The notes: generated from the letters alone by a model not told the origin. A stretch of DNA of 64,000 bases from Chlamydiia bacterium (GCA_040382515.1 JBEIFH010000004.1:2470-66469), one strand, 5' to 3'; numbered from the stretch's first letter, positions 37,556-48,235 are shown. Numbers and translations: made by a program.

Positions 37556-38343
37556 TGCAAGGATTTTGCTCGCTTGGATCCGGCTCAAAAGGGAACTGCA
37601 CAGTTCTTTTCGGATCAAACTCAGTATTTTTAATTGATGCCGGCTTTTCAAAAAAAAAGACGGAGGATCTACTGAATCGGATCGGAATATCCCTTGAACA
37701 GGTTCAAGGTATTCTAGTGACGCACGACCACCATGACCATATCGCAGGGCTCGAAATGATCGTAAAGCACCATGAGATTCCTATTTATGCGAATTGCGAA
37801 ACAGCCAAAACTTTACATTCTCTGATGCAAGTGCGCTCCAAATTCAAGATATTTGAAACAGGGGTCCCTTTTAAATTAGAAGAATTTTCGGTGCACCCCT
37901 TTTCGATACCGCACGATGCAGTCGATCCCGTTGCATTCACATTTTCATTTGGCGAAAAGAAATTCGGGATATGTACCGACATTGGTTTCGTGACCCCTAT
38001 AGCAGTGAGAGCTTTACAAAATTGCACCCATCTTATTTTAGAGTCCAACCACGATGTGGGGATGGTACATGCATCCAGTCGCCCGCAAGTGTACAAGAAA
38101 AGGGTTTTGAGCAAGCAGGGGCACTTATCTAATGAGGAATCCAGGGCACTTTTAGACGCGGTCAAAAATAATCGACTCGAGATTGTTGTCTTAGGGCATC
38201 TCTCGCAAGAGTGCAACCATCCCGATGCAGCTCTCAAAGCTATGGAAGGGGTGGAAGTTGCGGTGGAGATTTTACACCAAGATGGGCCAAGCCGCTTTTT
38301 TTCTATGGCTAAAAAAGAGTCGCTTCTAGAGACCCTCTCTTAA
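37555..38343 (+). CDS. MBL-fold metallo-hydrolase (YycJ/PhnP-like)
   Basis: VTHDHHDHIAG (HxHxDH), with later His/Asp ligands. Confidence 0.8.
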   Translation: MQGFCSLGSGSKGNCTVLFGSNSVFLIDAGFSKKKTEDLLNRIGISLEQVQGILVTHDHHDHIAGLEMIVKHHEIPIYANCETAKTLHSLMQVRSKFKIFETGVPFKLEEFSVHPFSIPHDAVDPVAFTFSFGEKKFGICTDIGFVTPIAVRALQNCTHLILESNHDVGMVHASSRPQVYKKRVLSKQGHLSNEESRALLDAVKNNRLEIVVLGHLSQECNHPDAALKAMEGVEVAVEILHQDGPSRFFSMAKKESLLETLS

Positions 38344-38412
38344 AATGTGCACTCTCGACTAAAGAAAGAAGAAATTTAGTTCTCGGTTCGATTTATTTAC
38401 AAACTTTTTACC

Positions 38413-40705
38413 TTACATCAAGTCGGGCCTTAGGAGCACTTTCCTGGCTTTTGCTCCGTCCGGGGGGCTGATGATCCCTTTACTTTCCAGTTCATCAATT
38501 AGGCTTGCAGCTCTGGCATATCCGATCTTCAGTTTGCGTTGTAAGAAGGTAGTGGAGGCATTGTTGTGCTGCACAACAATTTCCAGAGCTCGAGAATACA
38601 TCGAATCGCCCCCCTCTCCATCTTCAGCCTCGTCGGAGAAAAGGGGATCCTCCGAAAGAGTGTCAAAAGATTGGATCAGGTAATTAGCGGGGCGTTGATC
38701 CTGAATAAAAGAGACGACCCGATTGATATCCTCATCTCTGATGTAGACACCTTGTGCGCGCAATATTTGCGATGTGCCGGGGGGTAGAAAAAGCATATCC
38801 CCATTGCCAAGCAGCGCCTCGGCGCCATTTTCGTCTAAAATGATCTGGCTATTGATACGGCTGGCAACTTTGAAGGCGATCCTGGTGGGGAAGTTCGCTT
38901 TGATCAATCCTGTGATTACTTCACGAGAGGGGCGCTGTGTTGCCAGCACTAGATGGATGCCAACCGCGCGCGCCATTTGTGCAATACGGGCAATAGGTGT
39001 CTCAAGATCGGCGTTGGTGGACATCATCAGGTCTGCGAATTCATCAATCACTGCAACAATGTGGAACATTTTTTCGGGTACCGGAACACTCAACGATTGT
39101 TCAAGAGTCAGATCTTGCTTTCTTCCATTAAAAGCGTGGATATTGCGCACACCAAGCTGTTTTAGAATCTCATAGCGGAGCTGCATCTCCTGCACAATCC
39201 ATTTCAAGGCGGCGTACGCTCCGTTAGGCTCAGTGATTACCGGTGCAATCAAGTGGGGAAGGTGACTGAAGGGGGTCAATTCCACTTTTTTCGGATCTAC
39301 CAAAATCAGTTTGATATCGTCGGGGGAGGCGTTCATTAAAATCGACATGATAATCGTGTTGATACAGACCGATTTTCCCGAACCGGTTGCACCGGCTATG
39401 ATACAATGTGGCATTTTTGCCAAATCACAGATCACCTCTTCGCCGCTCACGGTTTTCCCTAAAAGAACCGGTATGTGAAATTTTTTCTGGTTGTTTTTGT
39501 AGTAGATCAGCATTTGCTTGAATCCCACCTCTTGCGGAGTCGGGGAGGGTATTTCCACGCCTACCGCAGCTTTACCGGGGATAGGAGCAAGGATACGGAT
39601 AGATTTAGCCTGAAGATTGAGGGCAATGTCATTTTCAAGGGCTTTGATTTTTTGGACTTTGACACCGATTGCAGGATGCACTTCAAAGGAGGTAATAGTA
39701 GGTCCGCAATTGATCTCGCCCACTTTCCCTTCAATACCAAAACTCAAAAGGGTCTCTTCCAGAATTCTTGCCTGGCGTTCCAGATCCTTTTTCAGTAGCG
39801 GTTGGTCAATTTTTTTAGCGTCTGTCAAAAGTGAGATCGGAGGTAATTCATACCCGTTTGTGGTGACCTTTTTTTTGTTCTCCAGTTTTATGGGAGCAGC
39901 CAGTTCACTCGCCCGAATCTTCGGCAAAAGCTTTTTTTTTTTCAAAAACCTCCGGCTCTTCCAGATTGACTTCTACAATAGCGTCCTCTTCTGCTACTTT
40001 GACTTTTTTGGGCCAAACACGACGGGGTGCATCCAGGGCAGTCAGGCTAAATGAAGAAGTTTCATCCACGGGGGGTTCTTTTTTAAGGCGGTAGATACGA
40101 TCTTTGATGTGATCCACAAGGGTTAGAGGGCTGATTTCAAACAGGGACATCAATGAGATGATTAGAACCAGAAGAAATGTGAAAAATGTTCCTGTAGGGG
40201 TGAGGAGGATCTTAAGGTTGAAATAGGGTAAACCCTGGTAGAGGTAATCGGCAAGAACTCCTCCCAAAAAGACCTTGGTAATTTTGGTTGGATAGGGCCC
40301 ATCGCCAACTAAAGTATCGAACAAAACAAATTTTTTTAGGTTTATGAAGAGAGAGCTACCAGAAATTAGCGAAAGCAAAATGCAAGAGGAGAGAAGAAAA
40401 AAAGAAAAGATCACAATTTTTGCAGCAGGTTGTTCGAACGGATCCTTTAGCAGATGCTTGACACCCCAAAAAATCAGAAAAAAGGCGAGCATGAACGATT
40501 GGATTCCCAAAAGGTAATTGAGTGCAAAACTTGTAAAATATCCCACTAGGCCTAAAAGATTGGCCTCGGGTTTTTGGTGATGGAATGAGACAAGAGCTAG
40601 CAGTAAAAGAAGCGCTGAAGCACAAAGGATGAAACCAAAAATCTCACTGTGAGTTTTATGCGGTTTATCTTCCATAGTGTCTGATTTAAACGAAACTTTA
40701 GCCAT
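38413..40705 (-). CDS. ftsK: DNA translocase FtsK, read as two ORFs because of a frameshift in an A11 run
   Basis: ORF 39905-40705 is the 4-TM FtsK N-domain. ORF 38413-39945 is linker + motor (GATGSGKS, DEFADLM) + gamma winged helix (LQRKLKIGYARAASLIDELE). The frames switch inside the coding-strand A11 (T-run 39932-39942 on +). Confidence 0.88.
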
Positions 40706-40746
40706 TTACCTAAAGGTTATGAATAAAGCTTATTTAAAGCAAGAAG

Positions 40747-40820
40747 GGCGAACGACCGAACTCGAACCCACATTAGCCGGATCCTTGAATCCGGAGTACT
40801 GTTGACTGAGCCAAGGTTAC
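40747..40820 (-). pseudogene. degenerate tRNA-His-derived copy (pseudo-tRNA)
   Basis: Exactly 100 bp upstream-offset copy of the tRNA-His locus including its 3' flank. The T-loop and 3' acceptor strand are retained. The 5' acceptor strand and the D and T stems no longer pair. The anticodon stem CCGGA/TCCGG encloses 8 nt (TTCAAGGA). Confidence 0.45.
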
Positions 40821-40846
40821 AAATAAAGCTTAATTGTAGCAAGAAG

Positions 40847-40920
40847 GGCGAACGACGGGACTCGAACCCGCGACAGCCAGATCCACAATCTGGAGCTCTA
40901 CCGACTGAGCTACGTCCGCC
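40847..40920 (-). tRNA. tRNA-His (GTG)
   Basis: GGCGGACGTAGCTCAGTCGGTAGAGCTCCAGATTGTGGATCTGGCTGTCGCGGGTTCGAGTCCCGTCGTTCGCC. Cloverleaf with the encoded G-1:C73 pair typical of bacterial tRNA-His, anticodon loop TTGTGGA. CCA is not encoded. Confidence 0.93.
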
Positions 40921-40938
40921 ACGAAACTTTAACGGATA

Positions 40939-42087
40939 TTAAACAGGAATGGGTGTTTTATAGCAAGAGCGAAGAATAGGGAGGGCGACGACCAACAAAA
41001 AGGCCGTTTCTAAAAATCGGTCAAATGTGCCCGGTAAAGAGAGGGAGAAGGTCAAAGGCCTGGGGACCAGCTCCAAAAACGAGAGTATTTTTTCTGTATA
41101 TCTTTCACAGACGGGGGAGAGGAAAGGGAAAAAAAGGGAGAGCACGAAAAGATAGAAGGTGGGGACCATTAAGGGGGGTATAAGAAAATTTGTTAAAAGG
41201 GCGATCGGCCCAAAACCGCCAATTTTTAAGAAAATATAGGGTAATGTGGTGACCATCACGCTTAGCTGAAGGCTGAGGATGTTGAAAAAAGTTTTTTTTA
41301 ACCGATTTAAGAGGGTTGGAAACCAGTAAAATGAGGTTTTTTCTCTGTACCCGAGAATTCTGAGAAACAAATTTGTATAGTTTAGGATCCCAAAGGTAGC
41401 TAAAAAACTCAAAACGGACCCTGTTTCCAGGATTTTCTTAGGGCTGAAGATGAAAACCAATAAAAAAGAGAGGTAGAAAGTGTTCATAGGCGAAGACACT
41501 CTACCCAAAGTTGGGGCAAGCAGCGCAAGAATGAGGGAAATGAAGCTTCTAAGAACAGAAGGGGAGCCCTCTACAATGGTAAAATAACCGGTTGCTATAA
41601 GCATCAAAAGATAGAAGTAGGTTTTTCCTTTTACAAATCTGACCGCTAGAACATCAAAGGTGCTTAAAATGGATTGAAAATGGAAACCCGAGATGGCCAG
41701 AAGATGGCTTAGGCCTAGCGATCGAAACAAGGCGCCTGTGGTGGGTTCCGGAGCTTCTCCTATGAAAAAAGTTTGAAAAAAATTTGCTATGGAGGGGGAG
41801 TAGTTTGCACAGATTTTTCCTTTCACGAATGTTTGTCCAAAAGTGGAAATCTCGCTCCAATCAAAGTTGAAAACTGAAACGTCGCGATTGAAATACCCGA
41901 ACAGTAGCGAGGCTAAAAAAAGGGGGGCGTCCAAAAAAAAGATGGGAACAGAAAATAACAGCAACAGGGTCAGGTTCGTGAATGACAGATAGGGAAAAAT
42001 TTGGACGCTTAAAACACCAAGAGCCGCAACCAGAGCCGGATTTTTAAGCCTAAAGGGGAGGGTAACCAAAAACGGCATAGTCTTCAA
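40939..42087 (-). CDS. comEC: ComEC/Rec2-family membrane protein
   Basis: Polytopic, with FRSLGLSHLLAISGFHF (ComEC signature GLSHLLAISGLH). No beta-lactamase-like C-domain. Confidence 0.75.
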   Translation of the reverse strand: MKTMPFLVTLPFRLKNPALVAALGVLSVQIFPYLSFTNLTLLLLFSVPIFFLDAPLFLASLLFGYFNRDVSVFNFDWSEISTFGQTFVKGKICANYSPSIANFFQTFFIGEAPEPTTGALFRSLGLSHLLAISGFHFQSILSTFDVLAVRFVKGKTYFYLLMLIATGYFTIVEGSPSVLRSFISLILALLAPTLGRVSSPMNTFYLSFLLVFIFSPKKILETGSVLSFLATFGILNYTNLFLRILGYREKTSFYWFPTLLNRLKKTFFNILSLQLSVMVTTLPYIFLKIGGFGPIALLTNFLIPPLMVPTFYLFVLSLFFPFLSPVCERYTEKILSFLELVPRPLTFSLSLPGTFDRFLETAFLLVVALPILRSCYKTPIPV

Positions 42088-42179
42088 AAGAGTCTAAAAG
42101 ATGCGGTTTTTAGTGAAAAGAATTTTTAAGGAAGTGTTACCTAATTTTAAAGACATGCAAGTGGGTGGTATCCGGGACG

Positions 42180-43460
42180 CTAATTCTCCTCGTCCAGCTC
42201 CTCAGCAGGTCTGATGATGACACGGTAGTTTCTGGACCGGCCTGTTAAATAATGGGTAATCCAGTCCAAGGCGACTATCAGACGATTTCTAAAGGTCACG
42301 ATGTACAATATGTGTATAAAGAGCCAGGCAAACCAGGCGAAGAAGCCCTTTAGTTTCAATCCACCCGAGATGGCTACGGCCCGAAAACTTCCGATAATTG
42401 CCATCATCCCTTTATCAAAGTACTTGAAAGGTTTCTTAAATGGTCTTCCAAGAAGCTTTTCTTTGATTCTTTTAGCAATATAGGAGCCCATTTGTATAGC
42501 TACAGGGGCGATTCCCGGCAAAGGGTTGCCGTCTATGCCTTTAAAATGTGCGGCATCGCCAATTACAAACACATTCTCATCACCTGGAATTTGTAGATAG
42601 GGCCCCACAATTGCTCTCCCTTGACGATCCAACTCCACCCCAAGGGTTTTGAGCATCGACGAAGCCTGATTTCCGGCAGCCCAAATGATCACCTCTGCGT
42701 GGAGAAACCCTTTATCGGTCTCTACACCATGTGCAAGCACGTTTGTGACTTTTGTGTTGGTGAGGATCTCTACCCCTAAAGCCTCTAGATCTTTATGAGC
42801 TTGCTTGCGCAATGACTCGGGATAGGGGGGGAGAACCTCTTGCAGCCCCTCAATCAAAAGGACGCGAGCCTTCTTTGGATCTATGCGGTGAAAGTCTTTT
42901 TTAAGTGTCAGGTTTTTGAATTCGGCAATCGATCCGGCCAATTCTACGCCGGTCGGCCCCCCTCCAATCACAATAAAGACCAGATTTTCGACCGATTGGG
43001 CCTGATTTCTCGATTTTTCGGCCTTTTCGAAAGCGTAAAGGAGTCTCTCTTTGATCTTTAAGGCGTCCTCCAAAGTTTTAAGGCCCGGAGCAAAAGGTTC
43101 AAAGTGGGGATTGCCGAAATACGAATGCTTGGCCCCGGTCGCTATAATAAGGGTGTCGTAGGGGATCTCATCCCCTTTCTGGGTGATAAGTTTTTTTGCT
43201 CCACGATCAGCACTGACTATACAATCCATCTGTACAGTAACGTTTTTCTGGTTTTTAAAGATTTCTCTTAAGGGTTTTGAGATAGAGGATTCACCGAGGC
43301 TAGCCGTTGCCACTTGATACAGGAGCGGTTGGAACACATGAGAATTGGATTTGTCAATCAAAAGAATTTCGCAATCGCAATTCTTTAGTCCTCGGATCGT
43401 ATTCAATCCTGCGAAGCCTCCACCGATGATGACTATACGATGCAACATAACCTTTTTCAT
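42180..43460 (-). CDS. ndh: type II NADH dehydrogenase (NDH-2)
   Basis: HRIVIIGGGFAGL and VIGGGPTGVELAG dinucleotide folds, VFVIGDAA, C-terminal membrane-anchoring helix. Confidence 0.88.
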   Translation of the reverse strand: MKKVMLHRIVIIGGGFAGLNTIRGLKNCDCEILLIDKSNSHVFQPLLYQVATASLGESSISKPLREIFKNQKNVTVQMDCIVSADRGAKKLITQKGDEIPYDTLIIATGAKHSYFGNPHFEPFAPGLKTLEDALKIKERLLYAFEKAEKSRNQAQSVENLVFIVIGGGPTGVELAGSIAEFKNLTLKKDFHRIDPKKARVLLIEGLQEVLPPYPESLRKQAHKDLEALGVEILTNTKVTNVLAHGVETDKGFLHAEVIIWAAGNQASSMLKTLGVELDRQGRAIVGPYLQIPGDENVFVIGDAAHFKGIDGNPLPGIAPVAIQMGSYIAKRIKEKLLGRPFKKPFKYFDKGMMAIIGSFRAVAISGGLKLKGFFAWFAWLFIHILYIVTFRNRLIVALDWITHYLTGRSRNYRVIIRPAEELDEEN

Positions 43461-43621
43461 GATTTAACAAAAAAAACAAATTAATTTAAGCTTTTTGTCT
43501 ATCCTACTCAATCTTAGATGCTACCCGGTTTATTTAGGTAAAAATCGTTGTTTTTGCAAGGGTTGTTGCATCTTTAAAAAGATCTTTGGCAAGATAGAGC
43601 TTTAAGGGTGGATTCCAAATC

Positions 43622-44584
43622 ATGTTGACCGTTCATGAGCTGCTTCTGAAATACAAAGAGTCGTTGAGCCTTGAGCTCACGGCCGGGTCAGAAGGGCTGA
43701 AAGAAAAGAAAATTATAGTTCCTGAGGTGGAGCGTCCCGGACTTGCACTCTGCGGATATTTGAAGCATCGCTCCGAAAGGCGGATCCTTGTTTTTGGCAA
43801 AATAGAGATCGAATACCTTAAGGATATCTCCCCCGAAGAGCGTAAGGAGCGCCTTGCCCTGCTATTTGGAAAAAAAGTCCCGGCCATTCTTGTTGCAAGG
43901 AGATACCGCCCTCCGAAGGAGCTGATTGAAATTTGCAACGATCGGAGGATTCCGTTGTTCCGATCCAGTCTGTCGACTATGAACCTCATCACTCGCCTGA
44001 CCGTGATTCTTGTCGAGGAGTTTGCCCCCACCCTCTCCTGCCACGGGACCCTTGTTGAGGTATTTGGGATCGGTCTTTTGATCCAGGGAAATTCTTCCGT
44101 GGGCAAGAGCGAGGCGGCTCTTGGACTGATTGAACGGGGCCATAGATTGATTGCAGATGATGTGGTTTTGGTCTCTAAAAAAAAGGGGGGGTATCTTGAG
44201 GGGACAGGACCGGAATTGACACGGCATCTTTTGGAAATTCGGGGGATCGGTATCATCAACGTTGCCCATCTTTATGGGGCTGTGTGCATCTCTGAATCCA
44301 AAAAGATCGATCTGATCGTGAAGCTTGAGCAGTGGGATGACACACACTTTTATGATAGAATTGGGCTGGAAGAGAAGTTTTGTGAATTGCTGAATATCAA
44401 AGTCCCTTTCTACATCATGCCTGTAAAACCGGGTAGAGATGTTGTTTTGTTGTTGGAAACGATTGTTTTGAATCATCGCCTCAAAGAGACCGGATACAAT
44501 TCCGCCAAAGAATTCAATGTGCGTCTTTTGGACACGCTCGCAAAGAAAGCTTGTTCGAAAGAAACCTCCTTGGATATACTCTAA
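43622..44584 (+). CDS. hprK: HPr kinase/phosphorylase
   Basis: GNSSVGKSEAALGLIERGHRLIADDVV, LEIRGIGIINV. Confidence 0.92.
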   Translation: MLTVHELLLKYKESLSLELTAGSEGLKEKKIIVPEVERPGLALCGYLKHRSERRILVFGKIEIEYLKDISPEERKERLALLFGKKVPAILVARRYRPPKELIEICNDRRIPLFRSSLSTMNLITRLTVILVEEFAPTLSCHGTLVEVFGIGLLIQGNSSVGKSEAALGLIERGHRLIADDVVLVSKKKGGYLEGTGPELTRHLLEIRGIGIINVAHLYGAVCISESKKIDLIVKLEQWDDTHFYDRIGLEEKFCELLNIKVPFYIMPVKPGRDVVLLLETIVLNHRLKETGYNSAKEFNVRLLDTLAKKACSKETSLDIL

Positions 44585-44593
44585 GAGGAATTT

Positions 44594-46255
44594 ATGACAG
44601 CGCATACTTCAATTGCTTTTGAGGGCAAGCCTATTGTTAAAGGGGCAGCGCTGGGCTGTCTTTTTTTCTACCGGGAAGAAAAATACCCCACAAATACCGA
44701 AAATGTCCGGTTTAATCCTGAAGAGGAGCTCTTAAAATACCACCGAGCTGTAGCGATTACGAAAAAAGAGATTCGTGCTCTTTTGAACTGCTTGAAAAAT
44801 ATAGAGGATACCGAATCGGCAGCAATATTCGAAACGCATCTGCTTATTTTGGAAGACCCCGTTTTTTCAGAAGCGGTTGAGGAGATGATCAAAGAGAACT
44901 TTTTGTCTGCTCAAGCCTCATTAGAATCTGCTCTATCCCGTTTTCTGAAGATTCTTGAAGAGTCGCAAGACCCTTTTTTTATGGAGCGTGCAGCAGATTT
45001 AAAAGATCTTACCCATAAAATCATTTTTCACCTGAATGGGATCGAAGTAAAAATTCCGGATGCATTCCAAGATGCTATTGTATGTGTCAAAGAGGTATCT
45101 CCATCGATGGCAGCACAAGGGGCTCTTAAAGGTGTTAAAGGGTTTGTGACTATAAAAGGATCCACTGCCTCTCATACGTCTGTAGTTTTAAAAAGTCGGG
45201 CTATTCCCCACATCATTGTTAATGATGTTTATGATTTGGAATCTTTTCATGGAAGGTTAGCTCTTTTGGATGGAAAAAATGGAGTTATTACCATCGACCC
45301 GTCTGATACAGATATCCGACTCAACCAAAACGACAGCACCTCCCTTATAGAGACAAAAACAGATAAAAGCGATGTCCTAACCGCTGATGGTTGGAATATC
45401 CAGGTTCTCTCTACATTTGATGGTGTAGAATATTCCAAAGAACTAGAAAATGGAATTGGTCTTTACAGAACCGAGTTTCTATTGCTCCACGAGCGCGAAA
45501 TTGCATTTTGTGAAGAGCGGCAACTTGTGCTATACCAGTCGATCTTGGATCAAATTTGCCCTAAAAAGGTTGTGTTCAGATTGTTTGATTTGGGTGGAGA
45601 TAAAAATTTCTTGCAAGACTTGGAGCCTGAAAGGAGGGATTTAAGATCGATCCGCTATCTTTTAAATCGCTTAGAGATTCTCCATCTGCAACTCAGTTCC
45701 CTACTCAAAGCTAAGAATACAAATAGCTTGAGCATCTTGATCCCTTATGTGAATGCTCCCGAGGAGGTGGATCTCGTCCGATCTGAGATCAAGGATTTAC
45801 AAAAGAAACTTTCTAATACCAAAACGGTACTTTTAGGTGCGATGATTGAAACCCCTCTTGCGGATAAAGAATTGGATCAAATTTTAGAGAGGGTGGATTT
45901 TCTAGCGATAGGTACAAATGACCTGACGCAAGCACTTATAGAGATTCATAGAGATTCTCCCAATTTTTGCCTCTTCCAGCCGGCTCTTTTTAGAACGATC
46001 CGAAAAATTTTAGAGAAAGCTAAGATTTTTAAAAGGCAGGTAAGCGTTTGCGGTGAAATCGTATCGAATCCCGTTTTTACCGAACTTTTACTAGGGCTTG
46101 GGGCAACGGATTTTTCCTGCTCTTTTCATGAAATCCCGCAAATTAAGAGAAAAATCATGGAAACCCGAATGGATCGGGCGGTTGCTATCGCTGAAAAAGT
46201 TTTGGCTGCAGAAACGCCGGCTGAGGTGAAGGCGCTCTTGAAAATGGATCCCTAA
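44594..46255 (+). CDS. ptsI: phosphoenolpyruvate-protein phosphotransferase (PTS enzyme I)
   Basis: GSTASHTSVVLKSRAIP (phospho-His region), GLYRTEFLL, IGTNDLTQ. Confidence 0.9.
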   Translation: MTAHTSIAFEGKPIVKGAALGCLFFYREEKYPTNTENVRFNPEEELLKYHRAVAITKKEIRALLNCLKNIEDTESAAIFETHLLILEDPVFSEAVEEMIKENFLSAQASLESALSRFLKILEESQDPFFMERAADLKDLTHKIIFHLNGIEVKIPDAFQDAIVCVKEVSPSMAAQGALKGVKGFVTIKGSTASHTSVVLKSRAIPHIIVNDVYDLESFHGRLALLDGKNGVITIDPSDTDIRLNQNDSTSLIETKTDKSDVLTADGWNIQVLSTFDGVEYSKELENGIGLYRTEFLLLHEREIAFCEERQLVLYQSILDQICPKKVVFRLFDLGGDKNFLQDLEPERRDLRSIRYLLNRLEILHLQLSSLLKAKNTNSLSILIPYVNAPEEVDLVRSEIKDLQKKLSNTKTVLLGAMIETPLADKELDQILERVDFLAIGTNDLTQALIEIHRDSPNFCLFQPALFRTIRKILEKAKIFKRQVSVCGEIVSNPVFTELLLGLGATDFSCSFHEIPQIKRKIMETRMDRAVAIAEKVLAAETPAEVKALLKMDP

Positions 46256-46350
46256 AAGCGCCTGTGAATCTTTTTTTATCCTTCTAAAATCTGCTGAAGT
46301 CAGGATAGAGGCAGTGTCTGAATTAAAAGACCCCTCTCAGGAGCCGATTT

Positions 46351-46650
46351 TTAAAAGCCGAAGGGGAGGTTCCCCATTTTGCTCAACGGATTGTCATTTT
46401 CCATCTGTTTTTCTGCATCTTGGTAAGCAGCGATGATCAAGTCTTCTAACCCTTCAACATCATCCGGATTGACGCACTGTTTATTGATTTTGATTTTCTT
46501 CATCTCTTTTTCCCCGGAGAGGACAATCTCTACAAGGCCAGAAGGGGCATGGCCGGTATATTCTTTAGCCTTGAGCTCCTCGGTAAGTCGAGACAATTGC
46601 TCGGATATCTGACGTTGGTCTTTTTTCTTTTTTAAAAATCCGCTACCCAT
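46351..46650 (-). CDS. ybaB: YbaB/EbfC nucleoid-associated protein
   Basis: 99 aa. GLVEIVLSGEKEMKKIKINKQCVNPDDVEGLEDLIIAAYQDA; downstream of dnaX. Confidence 0.88.
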   Translation of the reverse strand: MGSGFLKKKKDQRQISEQLSRLTEELKAKEYTGHAPSGLVEIVLSGEKEMKKIKINKQCVNPDDVEGLEDLIIAAYQDAEKQMENDNPLSKMGNLPFGF

Positions 46651-46741
46651 AGAGTTCCTTGAAGGTTATGCATTTTTCGATGAGATCAATCTAGTATATT
46701 TGTTCTTAAAAATTTGAAAAAGATCTATTTGTTTCAAAAAT

Positions 46742-48235
46742 TTATTGAAGGACGGCATTCCACTCGACGATGGCAAACTGGATAAGATTCTGATGGCGCA
46801 CACTGGCGGGGAGAAGCTTTAGTGGGGGATCGCCTGAAGCATCAGAGCTTTTTAGGGGAGCTGTAATTTCCGAGATCGACGGTGAAAAAGAGAGGGATGG
46901 CTCTGTCTGATGCGAAGATGGATGCTCTGCCTTATGCTCTTTGGATCCTCTTTCATCAGTTTTCATGCCGTTTTCTAAAGGCTCGACAGGAGGAGCTTCA
47001 ATCGAAGCACTCTTGTTTGCCAACGCCTCTACTTGTTCGAGAGTAGCTTCAACGGAAGCAGGGGAGGAGGGGAGGATCCTTCTCTCCAGTTTTTTCTCCA
47101 GAGCTTCAAGCCGCTCCACAATAAGGGATAGAGAGGGGCGGTGGTTTTTTTTCATTAAAAGGATCAGAAGTGTCTCAAACTGCTGCTGCGATAAAAAAGG
47201 GCGGGTCGGCTGATGGAAAAAAGGGTAGATCAACTCCAGCATTTCAAGGAGCGAGGCTTGCGTGTAGCCTTGGCTCAGCTCTTGGTAGGATTGCGTTTCT
47301 TTTGGGCTTAAGTGATAGAATTTTGGATCAAGGCTCTTCTGTAGAGCTAGAAGATGGTTGCGGAAATGTTCCGCCAAATCTTCGATTAAAAGGGAGGTCT
47401 CTTTACCCGATAAAAGGAGGACGTCGGAGGCTTTTTTTAGATCCTCTATGGAGCGGTTCTGGATCGCTATGTCTATAGAAAATAAACCCTCTTTGGAAAC
47501 TTTTCCCAAGCTTTCCCGGACGACATCAAGGGTAAGCGCTCCATTTGATGTGCAAAGAAGCTGGTCAAGTAATGATTCCGCATCGCGCATGCTCCCTTGT
47601 GCAGCCTCGGCGATCAATGAGAGGGAAACGGGGTCTGCTACAAGTTTTTGATCTTGTACAATCGATTCCAATTTTGAGGCGATAGTTTCAAGACGTATTC
47701 TCTGCAGATCAAATTTTTGGCAGCGGCTTTGGATCGTGAGAGGAACTTTATGCGGCTCGGTAGTAGCAAAGAAAAACTTCACGTAGGAGGGGGGCTCCTC
47801 CAAAGTTTTCAGTAGTGCGTTAAAAGCCTCTTTTGTCAGCATGTGCACTTCGTCGATCAAATAGATGCGCAAGCGCCCTTTAGGGGGGGCAAAAGCTACC
47901 CCTTCACTAATTAGTCGGATATCATCAATACCCCTATTCGAGGCCCCGTCGATCTCCATCAACTCCATCGACGCACCGCTCAACATTTGCACACAACTCG
48001 AACAGGTGTTGCAAGGCTCTGCATCGGGTGAGAGGTTTTCGCAATTGATGGCACGTGCAAAAAGGCGCGCCAGGGTCGTTTTTCCCGTACCTCGCGTCCC
48101 TGAAAAAAGGTAGTTGGCCGCAACACGACCGTTTTTTATGGCGTTTTGTAATGTATCGACCACAATCTTTTGACCAAACACCTCTTTAAAAAGTTTGGGC
48201 CTATACTTGCGGGCAATGGGCTGGTACATTTGCAT
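46742..48235 (-). CDS. dnaX: DNA polymerase III subunit gamma/tau
   Basis: YRPKLFKEVFGQ, GTRGTGKTT, the Zn module C..C..C.SC, IDEVHML. Confidence 0.93.
   Translation of the reverse strand: MQMYQPIARKYRPKLFKEVFGQKIVVDTLQNAIKNGRVAANYLFSGTRGTGKTTLARLFARAINCENLSPDAEPCNTCSSCVQMLSGASMELMEIDGASNRGIDDIRLISEGVAFAPPKGRLRIYLIDEVHMLTKEAFNALLKTLEEPPSYVKFFFATTEPHKVPLTIQSRCQKFDLQRIRLETIASKLESIVQDQKLVADPVSLSLIAEAAQGSMRDAESLLDQLLCTSNGALTLDVVRESLGKVSKEGLFSIDIAIQNRSIEDLKKASDVLLLSGKETSLLIEDLAEHFRNHLLALQKSLDPKFYHLSPKETQSYQELSQGYTQASLLEMLELIYPFFHQPTRPFLSQQQFETLLILLMKKNHRPSLSLIVERLEALEKKLERRILPSSPASVEATLEQVEALANKSASIEAPPVEPLENGMKTDERGSKEHKAEHPSSHQTEPSLSFSPSISEITAPLKSSDASGDPPLKLLPASVRHQNLIQFAIVEWNAVLQ

Noticed and set aside
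43633-44605. Two long antisense ORFs (208 and 247 aa) opposite hprK
   Set aside because: hprK on the + strand has unambiguous kinase motifs. The antisense ORFs are Ser/Arg/Pro-rich shadows with no start context.
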